Positions 47,923 through 57,656 of a stretch of 64,000 bases of DNA are shown here, piece after piece. The notes beneath the pieces were generated by a model. The model was not told the origin of the DNA. It did not search any database and saw only the letters and a list, made by a program, of their open reading frames with translations. Numbering within the stretch: the first letter of the stretch is position 1; each line of letters starts with the position of its first letter. The position numbers were made by a program, and so were the translations under genes. Source of the stretch: an uncultured Leptospira sp. (lineage in GTDB: Bacteria > Spirochaetota > UBA4802 > UB4802); NCBI GenBank assembly GCA_964509195.1, contig CAZDWJ010000008.1, forward strand, positions 61,190 through 125,189. The letters are read 5' to 3'.

Positions 47923-48789
47923 ATGGCATCATTACAGGCAAAAGCGAAAGCAATTGAAAAAACATCATTCATAATAATCAGTTCTCTGTCATATATCATA
48001 ATAGCGTTCCTGTTGTTTGTGCTGGGGTACATATTTTTACAGGGTTATCGAGCATTATCATGGGAATTTTTAACTGCATTCCCAAAAAACGAAATGCGTG
48101 AGGGGGGAATCTACCCGGCAATATTAGGAACATTCTACCTTATGGTAGGCTCTTCAGTTATATCGGTTCCTATTGGTATCATGACAGCAATATATTTGAC
48201 TGAGTATGTGGAAAATATTAAGGTGCTCCAATTCATACGGTTGGGTATCAATAATCTAGCTGGTGTACCATCGGTAGTATTTGGCCTTTTTGGATTAAGT
48301 GTTTTTGTTATATTCCTGGATTTTGGTTCTTCTATTGTTGCTGGATCACTAACATTGGGAATTCTCAACCTTCCGCTCGTCATACGTTCAACCGAGGAAG
48401 CACTGCTAACAGTGCCAATTTCATATCGTGAAGCTTCGTTATCGTTAGGTGCAACCAAATGGCAGACAATTTATAAGATAGTTCTGCCAACAGCTCTACC
48501 GGGTATACTGACGGGCATTATGCTGTCACTGGGAAGAGCAGCAGGGGAGACAGCTCCGATAATGTTTACCTGCGCTACATTTTACACACCGCATATCCCT
48601 GACTCCCTGTTCAGTGAAGTGATGGCGCTGCCCTATCACATTTATGTACTGGCTACAGCAGGAACTCACATTGAAGCAACACGGCATATACAATATGGAA
48701 CAGCGATAGTACTTATTGCACTGGTGTTGGGATTAAATTTTACCGGCATGGTATTGCGGTACAAATACAGAAAGAAATTTAAACAGTAG
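47923..48789 (+). CDS. pstA: Phosphate ABC transporter permease PstA
   Basis: 288 aa permease paralogue immediately downstream of pstC. Confidence 0.85.
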   Translation: MASLQAKAKAIEKTSFIIISSLSYIIIAFLLFVLGYIFLQGYRALSWEFLTAFPKNEMREGGIYPAILGTFYLMVGSSVISVPIGIMTAIYLTEYVENIKVLQFIRLGINNLAGVPSVVFGLFGLSVFVIFLDFGSSIVAGSLTLGILNLPLVIRSTEEALLTVPISYREASLSLGATKWQTIYKIVLPTALPGILTGIMLSLGRAAGETAPIMFTCATFYTPHIPDSLFSEVMALPYHIYVLATAGTHIEATRHIQYGTAIVLIALVLGLNFTGMVLRYKYRKKFKQ

Positions 48790-48958
48790 TGTTTTTATTT
48801 TACTCTAAAAGTTTTAATTAAATTGCACCAGCCTCTTTTGATAAAAAATGTGATTTTCATTCTGTATCTGTGACGATTTTGCACTGCAATGAAATTGTTA
48901 AGATGATATTGTTAACAAGCACACATTGTGATAAACTGTAATAATGAAAATATTTACA

Positions 48959-49156
48959 TAGAATGATGAAAAGAATACACTATTGAAAAGAACCGGAGTA
49001 TTTCTTTTTAAGGTTGTGGTTAATTGTATTCAAGAGGGCAAATTATTGTCAATTGTTGAGCATAAAAATCCAGATAGATATCCTAACCAAAGGATGTACA
49101 TAATTGAGTTTAACAATTATGTATATTTAGTCCCTTTTATTAAAACTGAAAAGTAA
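48959..49156 (+). pseudogene. Possible toxin-gene remnant (start-less ORF fragment preceding the BrnA-like antitoxin relic)
   Basis: An open frame without a start codon, ...KVVVNCIQEGKLLSIVEHKNPDRYPNQRMYIIEFNNYVYLVPFIKTEK*, with a beta-strand-rich small-toxin-like C-terminus. It sits directly upstream of the antitoxin relic. Family not assigned. Confidence 0.25.
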
Positions 49157-49237
49157 ATTTTTTTGAAAACAATTATTCCCATAAGAAGAGCAACGAAATT
49201 TTCTCTAGAGGAAAATAAAAAAACAAATTTAGTAAAT

Positions 49238-49500
49238 ATGAAAAGAGATGTAGTAGAATTTTATAAAAATAATGAGTTAGAAAGAAGTTAAGGGGATAAA
49301 GAATAAAATTAAAAGACATGGAAGCCATGCAAAAGCTGCTTTAAAGAACGATAAACGCGTAAATATACGAATTTCACAAAAGAATCTTGAATCATTACAA
49401 AATAGCGTTGGAAGAAGGTATTCCTTACCAAACTTTGATGTCCAGTGTACTTCGTAAATATGCAAATGGGAAATTAGTTGAAGTTAAGAAATATAAATAA
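49238..49500 (+). pseudogene. BrnA-like (COG3514/RHH-type) antitoxin gene disrupted by two frameshifts
   Basis: Three consecutive frames give MKRDVVEFYKNNELERS* / KEVKGIKNKIKRHGSHAKAALKNDKRVNIRISQKNLESLQNS / ALEEGIPYQTLMSSVLRKYANGKLVEVKKYK*. Joined, they match the BrnA consensus (KVtIrLdsdvLeffK..Aee.G.gYQTLIN.vLReYv). Confidence 0.45.
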
Positions 49501-49508
49501 TGATTTTT

Positions 49509-51242
49509 TTACTTATGTGGTATTATAATTGTAAATGTAGAACCATTTGATGAAGAAGTTACTCCAATTGACCAACCTAATATAAGTGCTGCATGTTTCA
49601 CAATTGAAAGGCCAAGTCCTGTACCGCCAGTTTCGCGTGAACGACTTTTATCCACGCGGTAGAAACGCTCAAAGATCCTATTAATTTCATCATGAGGGAT
49701 TCCTATGCCAGTATCAGTGATATATATTGTGAGCAATTGAGGGTTTGAAGTAGCTGTGATAGTGATTGAACCGTGCTCATTGTTGTAATTAATGGCATTG
49801 TCAATTATATTGAAGAATATCTCTTCAGCTAAAAATGCATTCCCCAAAATATTTTCAGGCAGGGATTCAATGTCCATAACTATCGCCAGGTTCTTTTTAT
49901 GAATTTTTGGCATTAGCAGATCAACACACTGTGAAATGACTTTTTTAAGATTAACAGATTCGCTGGTGATGTAGGACGATGTTTCTAATTGATTGAGTTT
50001 AAGCATATCGTTGATGATAGCATTCTGGCGTTCAACATTGGCCAGGGCACTTTCAATAAAATTCTCAGCTGTTTTCTGGTCGCAAATATTGTCTTTAATT
50101 GTTTCTAAATATCCGCGGATGATACTGATAGGTGTTTTTAATTCATGTGAAAGATTGCCCACAAGATCCGATTTGAGTTGCTGTATGCGCTTTTGTTCCG
50201 TGACATCATGCATCAGTAGCAGGGTGCCCGTAGCAGGTTCAGCAAACGGATAGATAAATATCTGAAAATGATTCCCAGCTATTGTTTCTTCAAACGATAT
50301 CCTCTGCTTCTGAGAAAAGGCAACATGTATTTTTGCGTTCAACTCGCTGTGGCGGATGACCGTGAAATAATATTTGTTGGTAATGCTTTCAGGGTACTCA
50401 AAGCAGTGAGCAAATGCTTTATTGTGAATAGTAATTTTTTTATCTTCATCGATTAGTGCAATGGGGTCATGGATGCTTTCAATAATCATGAAAAGTTTGT
50501 TCTTTTCATTGGTAAGTTCGTTGATGCGCTGCTGTATGTTATCTGCCAGCTGATTCATGGCTTTTTGCAAATATCCCATTTCATCATCTTTGTAATTGAG
50601 AATACGTGCACCAAGATCACCATTGAAAAACCTGTGTATGAACTGCAATGAATCCTTGATTGGTTTTGTGAAAGCAGTGGCAAACAGTGCAGTAACTATA
50701 ACACTTATCACCAATACAACAATACCAACAGCAAGAATATTTTTAGTGATGGATTCAATCAATGCGTTAATAGTATTCAATGATTTAGCTGTGCGGATAT
50801 AGTAATAATTGTAATATGAGGCAACATATAGCATATCGGCATTCATTGTAGTACTGTATCGTACAGACATACCGGTGCCCTTTTTTCGTGCTTCCAGGAT
50901 TTCAGGGCGGTATAAGTGGTTTTCCATTAAATCAGGATTGGCATCTGAATCAAAAATGACGGTACCATCATTCTGTATGATAGTAATGCGCAAAGAACTT
51001 TTCTGAGCAACATTTTTTAACGCAGTTGCTATCTCATTGTTAAAAAACATTTTGCTCACTGGTTTGTGAAATGAAAGGAGGTAGGTGTTTATATATTCAA
51101 TATTTTGCTGCAATTCAACTTTTAAAAATATTCTGAATTCATTCTGTATATGGCGTTGAATGTATAATAAAAGAAGCGAAATAAAAAGGATTAATGCTAT
51201 AGAATAAACAATGATTAATTTTGATTTAAGGCTCTGTATCAT
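49509..51242 (-). CDS. phoR: Phosphate-regulon sensor histidine kinase
   Basis: N-terminal TM, HAMP/PAS region, HisKA H-box (HELKTPISIIRGYLETI) and HATPase_c G-boxes (GGTGLGLSIVKH). Confidence 0.8.
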   Translation of the reverse strand: MIQSLKSKLIIVYSIALILFISLLLLYIQRHIQNEFRIFLKVELQQNIEYINTYLLSFHKPVSKMFFNNEIATALKNVAQKSSLRITIIQNDGTVIFDSDANPDLMENHLYRPEILEARKKGTGMSVRYSTTMNADMLYVASYYNYYYIRTAKSLNTINALIESITKNILAVGIVVLVISVIVTALFATAFTKPIKDSLQFIHRFFNGDLGARILNYKDDEMGYLQKAMNQLADNIQQRINELTNEKNKLFMIIESIHDPIALIDEDKKITIHNKAFAHCFEYPESITNKYYFTVIRHSELNAKIHVAFSQKQRISFEETIAGNHFQIFIYPFAEPATGTLLLMHDVTEQKRIQQLKSDLVGNLSHELKTPISIIRGYLETIKDNICDQKTAENFIESALANVERQNAIINDMLKLNQLETSSYITSESVNLKKVISQCVDLLMPKIHKKNLAIVMDIESLPENILGNAFLAEEIFFNIIDNAINYNNEHGSITITATSNPQLLTIYITDTGIGIPHDEINRIFERFYRVDKSRSRETGGTGLGLSIVKHAALILGWSIGVTSSSNGSTFTIIIPHK

Positions 51243-51249
51243 TATGCTG

Positions 51250-51930
51250 TTACCCTTTTAACCCGTAGCCAACGCCAGAATACGTCTTGATGGCTTCCTT
51301 ATAATGCCCTAACTTTTTCCTTAAATTCATAATATGCACGTCAACCGTTCTGTCAATTACATATACATTATCTCCGCGAATACTGTCGATGATGTTATCA
51401 CGGGAAAATATTTTGCCAGGGTATTGCATGAAGAGTTTAAGAATAAGAAATTCGGTTTTTGTTAAATCAACGGGTTCTTTGTCGATAGTTACTGAAAATT
51501 TTTCTGGATACAGTGCAATGCCTTTATATGTTAGGACTTCTTTCGGTGTTTCTTCTTTGCCATGGACACGCCGCAAGATTGCTTTCACACGGGCAATGAG
51601 TTCGTGTATGCTAAATGGTTTGGTGATGTAGTCATCAGCTCCCAATTCAAGCCCTAACACTTTATCAAGCTCTGCTGATTTTGCTGACAGGAATAAAATG
51701 GGGATTTCTTTTAAATTGCTGGATGCCCGGATCTGCTTACACAGATCCAATCCATCCATACCGCTCATCATGATGTCAAGAATTAAAAGATCAGGTTTGG
51801 CGATAGCTAACTGTTTTAAAACCTCTTCAGCTGAAGCAAATGTAAAAACATCATACCCATTTTTTTGAAGATTGACTTTCAGGATCTCGCGAATATCCTT
51901 TTCATCATCAACAACATATATTTTTGGCAT
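51250..51930 (-). CDS. phoB: OmpR-family response regulator
   Basis: Receiver domain (VVDDEKDIREIL...D at 52-55) and a winged-helix C-terminal domain (GYGLKG end). It lies in the pho operon. Confidence 0.85.
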   Translation of the reverse strand: MPKIYVVDDEKDIREILKVNLQKNGYDVFTFASAEEVLKQLAIAKPDLLILDIMMSGMDGLDLCKQIRASSNLKEIPILFLSAKSAELDKVLGLELGADDYITKPFSIHELIARVKAILRRVHGKEETPKEVLTYKGIALYPEKFSVTIDKEPVDLTKTEFLILKLFMQYPGKIFSRDNIIDSIRGDNVYVIDRTVDVHIMNLRKKLGHYKEAIKTYSGVGYGLKG

Positions 51931-51933
51931 GCA

Positions 51934-52587
51934 TTACTCCTGATGTCGTATATCTTCGCCTTCAATAAAGTAGATTGCCCTCTCAGCGATGTTGGTTGCG
52001 TGATCGCCAATGCGCTCTAAGGCTTTTGCCACCATGATAAGGCCAAATGCAGGTGATATGGTAGCAGGGTTTTCCACCATAAAGCTGAATAGTTCACGGT
52101 TGATTTGCATATTGAGTTCATCAACTTCTTTATCCATCTCAATGCATTTACGCGCGTAAGTGATATTTTTTTCGGTTATTGACTGAAATGCTAGTTTAAT
52201 CATTTTAATACAGATTTCTGTCATGCGGGGAATATCAATAAGTGGTTTTAGGAGTGATTTGCCTTCCAGACGAATGGTCTCTTTTGCAATGTTTGTTGCC
52301 AGGTCACCAATGCGTTCCAAATCAGTGTTGGATTTTAGAATTGCCAATATTAATCTTAGGTCGGCAGCTGCAGGCTGTTTGGTGACAAGAATTCTACCAC
52401 ACTCTTCATCAATAAACACTTCCAGTTTATCCAGTATGGTGTCTTTCTGTATTACTTTCTCGGCTAGTTTCACATCTATCGTCTTTAATGACTGTACCGA
52501 ATCGCTCACTGCTTCAATGGCGATATCTGCCATCTCCAGTATTTTGCGCAATAAATCATTGAGTTCCTGTTCAAGGTGTGTTGGCAT
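51934..52587 (-). CDS. phoU: Phosphate transport system regulator PhoU
   Basis: Two PhoU repeats (ERIGDLATNIAKE; ERIGDHATNIAER). 217 aa. Confidence 0.85.
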   Translation of the reverse strand: MPTHLEQELNDLLRKILEMADIAIEAVSDSVQSLKTIDVKLAEKVIQKDTILDKLEVFIDEECGRILVTKQPAAADLRLILAILKSNTDLERIGDLATNIAKETIRLEGKSLLKPLIDIPRMTEICIKMIKLAFQSITEKNITYARKCIEMDKEVDELNMQINRELFSFMVENPATISPAFGLIMVAKALERIGDHATNIAERAIYFIEGEDIRHQE

Positions 52588-52608
52588 TGTGGTCTCCTTA
52601 AAAAAGTA

Positions 52609-53373
52609 TTATCCAAATTTACCAGTTATGTAATTTTCGGTCATCTGCTTTTCTGGTTTTGTAAACATGATTTCGGTTTTATTTACTTCAATGAGCTTAC
52701 CCATATAAAAAAATGCAGTATAATCGCTCACACGAGCTGCCTGTTGCATATTGTGTGTTACTATTATTATGGTGTATTGCTTTTTTAAATCTTGAATAAG
52801 CTCTTCAATCTTTTGCGTTGAGATGGGATCAAGCGCTGATGCTGGTTCATCCATTAGAATAATCTCAGGCTGCACAGCAATGGTACGCGCTATACAGAGC
52901 CGCTGTTGCTGACCTCCTGAAAGGCTCATAGCTGAATCATTGAGCCTGTCCTTTACCTCATCCCATAGAGCAGTGCGTTTTAATGAATCCTCAACAATAC
53001 GTTCTATAGTGTACCTGTCTTTAATACCATTTATCTTAAGCCCGTATGCAATATTATCAAAGATTGATTTTGGGAATGGATTTGATTTCTGAAACACCAT
53101 TCCAACTCTTCGACGCAGTTGTGTAACATCATACCTGGTATGGTATATGGATTCATTATCTATGACTAATTCCCCTTCAATTCTGGTATACGGAATAATA
53201 TCATTCATCCTGTTGATGCAGCGCAGGAATGTTGATTTCCCACATCCTGAAGGTCCAATCAGTGCCATTACTGTGTTTTTATACACTGTTAAGTCAATAT
53301 TGAAAAGAGCCTGATTATCACCGTAAAAAAAAGATAGATTTTCTGCTTTAACCTTTACTGTGTTTTCAGACAT
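52609..53373 (-). CDS. pstB: Phosphate ABC transporter ATP-binding protein PstB
   Basis: Walker [13 protein letters not shown] signature [13 protein letters not shown], Walker B IILMDEP. 254 aa. Confidence 0.9.
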   Translation of the reverse strand: MSENTVKVKAENLSFFYGDNQALFNIDLTVYKNTVMALIGPSGCGKSTFLRCINRMNDIIPYTRIEGELVIDNESIYHTRYDVTQLRRRVGMVFQKSNPFPKSIFDNIAYGLKINGIKDRYTIERIVEDSLKRTALWDEVKDRLNDSAMSLSGGQQQRLCIARTIAVQPEIILMDEPASALDPISTQKIEELIQDLKKQYTIIIVTHNMQQAARVSDYTAFFYMGKLIEVNKTEIMFTKPEKQMTENYITGKFG

Positions 53374-53409
53374 ATATCACCGTTATTTTATTTCTTTATA
53401 CAACTGACT

Positions 53410-53426
53410 TTGATTAATAGAATCAA
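53410..53426. promoter_or_regulatory. Palindrome TTGATTAATAGAATCAA in the divergent pstB / pstS promoter region
   Basis: A perfect 6-bp inverted repeat with a 5-bp spacer in the 268-bp intergenic region that must carry both Pho-regulated promoters. Confidence 0.3.
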
Positions 53427-53641
53427 ATCACTCAAAGGTTAAGAATTTATAATGATAATATAAAGAAAATGTTAAGTTTCTATAACAAAAAAATGTAATG
53501 CACTTGACTATTCCCATAATACAAATAGAAAATTAATCGTATCTTTATAAAATTTTCATAATAGCGGGATACTTATTACACCAGGTGAAAGTAGTTATTG
53601 TGATTTACACAATAGTTATTAAAATATAACAGGAGGCCATA

Positions 53642-54472
53642 ATGAAGGTCAAGAGTTTTTCAGTTTTTTTAATGATAATGGCGTTAATAAGCTCATTATC
53701 AATTGGTTTTTCACAGACTAAAGGATCAAAAGTAGTTATTAAAGGTTCAACAACAGTATTGCCGATAGCTCAGAAAGCACTGGAAGCATTTTATGAAAAG
53801 ACAAAGATTGTCATAAGTCTTTCGGGCACCGGTTCAGGCGATGGGATTAAATCACTTATTGATGGCAGCTGTGACATCGCAAATTCTTCAAGAGAAATGA
53901 AACCTGAAGAATTAAGTCTGGCAAAATCTAAGGGTGAAAAGATTAAAGAAGTTGCTATCGCGTATGATATGATAGTCCCAGTCGTGCATCCTTCAAATCC
54001 AGTAAAAAATCTTTCCATGGCTCAGCTGAAAGCTATTTATGAAGGCGCTATCACCAACTGGAGCCAGGTAGGTGGCAATAATGAAAGGATAGTAGTAATA
54101 TCTCGCGACTCAAGTTCCGGTACATTTGAAGTATGGGAAACCAAAGTTATGAAGAAAGCGGAGGTCCGTAAGGATGCGTTATTACAGGCATCTAATGGTG
54201 CAATAGTATCAGTTGTTTCAAAGAATAAAAGAGCCATTGGATATATAGGTTTTGGATATCTTGATGACAGGGTAAAAGCATTAACAGTTAATAATGTTGA
54301 ACCAACAATCCCTAATGGCAAATCAGGTGTATATCCTATAGCCCGTAAATTGTATATGTATGTTAATGAAGTGAAAATCAAACCAGAAGCCCAGCAATTT
54401 ATAGATTTTATCCTTTCAAAAGAAGGACAGCAGATTGTGAAAGCAGCAGGTTTTATACCACTCACTGATTAA
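53642..54472 (+). CDS. pstS: Phosphate-binding protein PstS (PhoT-type), copy 1
   Basis: Signal peptide. IKGSTTVLPIAQKA...SGTGSGDGIKSLIDGSCDIANSSREM is the PstS-family binding-site region. AGGAGG RBS. Confidence 0.8.
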   Translation: MKVKSFSVFLMIMALISSLSIGFSQTKGSKVVIKGSTTVLPIAQKALEAFYEKTKIVISLSGTGSGDGIKSLIDGSCDIANSSREMKPEELSLAKSKGEKIKEVAIAYDMIVPVVHPSNPVKNLSMAQLKAIYEGAITNWSQVGGNNERIVVISRDSSSGTFEVWETKVMKKAEVRKDALLQASNGAIVSVVSKNKRAIGYIGFGYLDDRVKALTVNNVEPTIPNGKSGVYPIARKLYMYVNEVKIKPEAQQFIDFILSKEGQQIVKAAGFIPLTD

Positions 54473-54499
54473 TGTACATACAAAATATTGATTTATAAA

Positions 54500-54525
54500 A
54501 CGCTACAGCAATGTAGCGTTTTTTG
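54500..54525 (+). terminator. Rho-independent terminator between the two pstS paralogues
   Basis: ACGCTAC-AGCAA-TGTAGCGT followed by TTTTTT. Confidence 0.7.
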
Positions 54526-54624
54526 TTAAAAAAGTGTTGCAAAAGATTGGAATGACTGATAGATTAAAAAAGGAACGGGGCTAAGGGCTAGGTAAATAAT
54601 TTAATTCTCTATGGAGGGTACAAC

Positions 54625-55452
54625 ATGAAAATAAAAAGTATCATATTTTTTATATTGATATTTGTTATCGCAATAGTACTGAGCATGTCGTGTTCAAAAG
54701 AAGCTAAGGAGAAAATTGTTATAAAAGGGTCAACTACGGTGTTGCCCATTACCCAAAAAGCTGCGGAAGCTTTTTATGAAAAAAATAAAATTGTCATTTC
54801 TCTTTCAGGTACTGGCTCAGGTGACGGGATTAAGTCTTTAATTAATGGTAGCTGTGATATTGCCAATTCTTCACGGGAGATGCATCCAGAAGAATTAGAC
54901 CTGGCAAAACGTAAAGGTGAAGTAATAAAAGAAGTGGCAATTGCGTTTGATATGATAGTTCCTATTGTGCATCCTTCAAACCCTGTTTCAAATCTCACGT
55001 TGCATCAGTTAAAAGCAATATATGAAGGGTCAGTCAAAAACTGGAAGGATGTTGGTGGAAAAGATGAAGCTATCGTTGTCATTTCACGCGATTCAAGTTC
55101 GGGCACATTTGAAGTGTGGGAATCTAAAGTAATGAAACATGGTGAAGTGCGTAAAGACGCACTACTGCAGGCTTCTAACGGAGCTATCGTGCAGACTGTA
55201 TCACAAAACCTTAAAGCAATAGGTTATGTGGGTTACGGATATCTGAATGACAGAGTGAAGCCATTATTTGTAAATAATGTTGAACCAACAATTGACAATG
55301 GAAAAAGTGGCAAATATCCTATAGCTCGCAAACTCTATATGTATGTGAATGAAGTAAAAATAAAGCCAGCCGCACAAGCATTCATAGATTTCATGCTATC
55401 TGATGAAGGTCAGGCGATAGTGAAAGAGGCGGGCTTTATTCCGGTTAAATAG
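54625..55452 (+). CDS. pstS: Phosphate-binding protein PstS (PhoT-type), copy 2 (tandem paralogue)
   Basis: About 80% identical to copy 1 across the mature protein. Lipoprotein-type signal (LSMSC). GGAGGG RBS. Confidence 0.8.
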   Translation: MKIKSIIFFILIFVIAIVLSMSCSKEAKEKIVIKGSTTVLPITQKAAEAFYEKNKIVISLSGTGSGDGIKSLINGSCDIANSSREMHPEELDLAKRKGEVIKEVAIAFDMIVPIVHPSNPVSNLTLHQLKAIYEGSVKNWKDVGGKDEAIVVISRDSSSGTFEVWESKVMKHGEVRKDALLQASNGAIVQTVSQNLKAIGYVGYGYLNDRVKPLFVNNVEPTIDNGKSGKYPIARKLYMYVNEVKIKPAAQAFIDFMLSDEGQAIVKEAGFIPVK

Positions 55453-55814
55453 TATCGTGTCGTTTTTATACGGTATTGTTATAGTTTAAATAATTAAACT
55501 CAGTCCATAATTTTTGGGAAAATTTAAAAAATGATAACTCAATATTTTCTATGATTAAAAAATAATAATATATGGTGTAAAACCACCAGATTAAGGAATG
55601 GTATATGAGCAGTTTATAATAAGAGGTAATTTATGATGAACGATCTATTGCCATATTTGGGGGTTGCGTTATTAAAACAGTATAAGAAAGGAACGTTCTT
55701 CTATTTTCAAAATTTTCAAATAGGACAAATTACATTCAATTATAAAAGAATATTTCTGTTACAGCCAAAGTATTTCTAAATATTCCTACTCTAGCTACTT
55801 TTGATTTTAGCATT

Positions 55815-56360
55815 ATGGAATTTGAAAAATTTATTTTTAGTTTACCAGATACACCTAGTTTTATTCATCTAAAAAATTTTTATGAAAGTTATTATAATAA
55901 TAGTTCTGATAAAACAATTGTTGTTCCCGTTTTAGACCACAATCTAATTGATATAGATAACTGTATAGCTGGCTATCTTTGGGAGGAAGAAGTTGATGGA
56001 AATGGGCTAGTTTTTGTACCATTTAAATCATTTGAATTAGTTAAGAATTATATACCCTCTTTTATTGAAAAAGGAGAACAACCTTTAAACGTAATAGCTT
56101 TTGACTTTTTACTATGTGCTATATCAGAAAATAAAAATATACCAGCAATGCAACCATATTTAAAAGCTATGTTACATATGAATGATATTGAAGAAGATTA
56201 TTATTATGATAGTGGGGTGAGTATAGTTATATATTTTTTAGATGCAATAAAGGTATGGAGATCTAAAAATATTAAACCATTAAGAGATGAACTAAAGATG
56301 AAATTGAAAAGATATGAAAGAGGAATGCAAAAATGGAATGAAACACAAAACGAAAAATGA
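55815..56360 (+). CDS. Hypothetical acidic protein in an AT-rich islet
   Basis: 181-aa ORF with no recognisable motifs. Local GC (about 28-30%) and codon usage (TTA/ATA-rich) differ from the flanks. Confidence 0.45.
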   Translation: MEFEKFIFSLPDTPSFIHLKNFYESYYNNSSDKTIVVPVLDHNLIDIDNCIAGYLWEEEVDGNGLVFVPFKSFELVKNYIPSFIEKGEQPLNVIAFDFLLCAISENKNIPAMQPYLKAMLHMNDIEEDYYYDSGVSIVIYFLDAIKVWRSKNIKPLRDELKMKLKRYERGMQKWNETQNEK

Positions 56361-56594
56361 AGCCGCATAATAAGCACGTCCATTAAAGTAGTTTTTAATA
56401 GAACACCATGCTTTATAGATGCTGTTATGACGTATTATACATATTTATGAGATACCAAAGGGGCTAAAGAGGGGTTATTAATAAATGCTCAATTTTGGTA
56501 AAAAATATCCAGAAGAGCAATTAATTGTGGAGTGTATCATTTTTAACAGGCAGTGTTATTTTCTATATTCAAATTGAATTTAGCTGAGGTAAGT

Positions 56595-57656
56595 ATGAAG
56601 TTGTGTACTATCAAAGCCGGGCAAAGAGCCTACAGTATAATTATAGATGAAGGATTACAAAAAGAAAGAATTAAATGTGTACTTGGTGCTGCAGGTGGGC
56701 CAAAGTGGCTTGTGTTGTATGGACTGGACAAGGCTATATATACACAGTTTTTAACAAAACGAAAAAGCCCCGTGCAATTAATTGGTTCTTCTATTGCAAC
56801 ATGGCGCTTTGCTGCACTGGCACAAAAGGATGGTGAAAGGGCAATAGATATTTTTAAAGAGCGGTATATGGCACAAAAATATTCGCTTAATCCTAACAGA
56901 GAAGAGATAACCGCTGAGACAGCGGCAATTCTGGAAACGTATTTACCCGACAGCAAGATACAAGAGATACTTACACATCCGGTACTTAGGCTTTGCATTA
57001 TTACTGCACGCGCAAAACATCTGCTACAGTATGAACACAAATATCCACTAATGGCAGGACTTGCTTTTACCGCACTTACCAATGCAGTGAGCAGAAAATT
57101 ATTGCAGATAGATTTTGACAGATTTATATTCTATGATAAAAGGGAGTTTCCCTCGTTTATCAGGTGGGATGACTTTAATACTCAGTACATTCCGCTTGAT
57201 GGCACAAACATAAAAAAAGCCATTATGGCTTCAGGTGCTATCCCACTTGTGATGAAAGGGGTGCCCTTTACATACAATGGGCATACTACAATGCTGCGTG
57301 ATGGTGGGCTTGTGGATTATCAGATGGATCTGCCGCTAACGCTGAATGGTGGTATTGCGCTGTATCCACATTACCGTGACAGCATTATATCGGGGTGGTT
57401 TGACAAAGCGTTACCGTACCGCAGGAGGCAACACAACCTGGAGGATATCTGTATTATTTCGCCTAATAAAGAAGCTATTTTCTCACTGCCGTATAAAAAG
57501 ATCCCTGACAGAAATGATTTTTATACATTTGCAGGCAATGATAAAGAACGCCTCTCGTTCTGGGAAAAGGCAGTTGAATTGGGTATACACATGGCAGAAG
57601 AATTTATGGAACTGGTGGACAGTGGAAAAATTAAAGACAGGGTTGTGTTATTGTAG
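56595..57656 (+). CDS. Patatin-like phospholipase family protein (tentative)
   Basis: Oxyanion-like VLGAAGGPKW (GGxK), a nucleophile-elbow-like LIGSSIATW (GxSxA, non-canonical) and a catalytic-Asp DGG motif (MLRDGGLVDY) occur in patatin order and spacing. ATG at 56595 has a GAGG RBS. Confidence 0.45.
   Translation: MKLCTIKAGQRAYSIIIDEGLQKERIKCVLGAAGGPKWLVLYGLDKAIYTQFLTKRKSPVQLIGSSIATWRFAALAQKDGERAIDIFKERYMAQKYSLNPNREEITAETAAILETYLPDSKIQEILTHPVLRLCIITARAKHLLQYEHKYPLMAGLAFTALTNAVSRKLLQIDFDRFIFYDKREFPSFIRWDDFNTQYIPLDGTNIKKAIMASGAIPLVMKGVPFTYNGHTTMLRDGGLVDYQMDLPLTLNGGIALYPHYRDSIISGWFDKALPYRRRQHNLEDICIISPNKEAIFSLPYKKIPDRNDFYTFAGNDKERLSFWEKAVELGIHMAEEFMELVDSGKIKDRVVLL

Noticed and set aside
49277-49465. 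62-aa minus-strand ORF from the ORF track
   Set aside because: It is antisense to the frameshifted BrnA-like antitoxin relic and is not an independent gene.
53791-54998. 75-aa and 74-aa minus-strand ORFs (53791-54018 and 54774-54998)
   Set aside because: They are mirrored antisense shadows at the same position inside each of the two pstS paralogues, so they are a duplication artefact.
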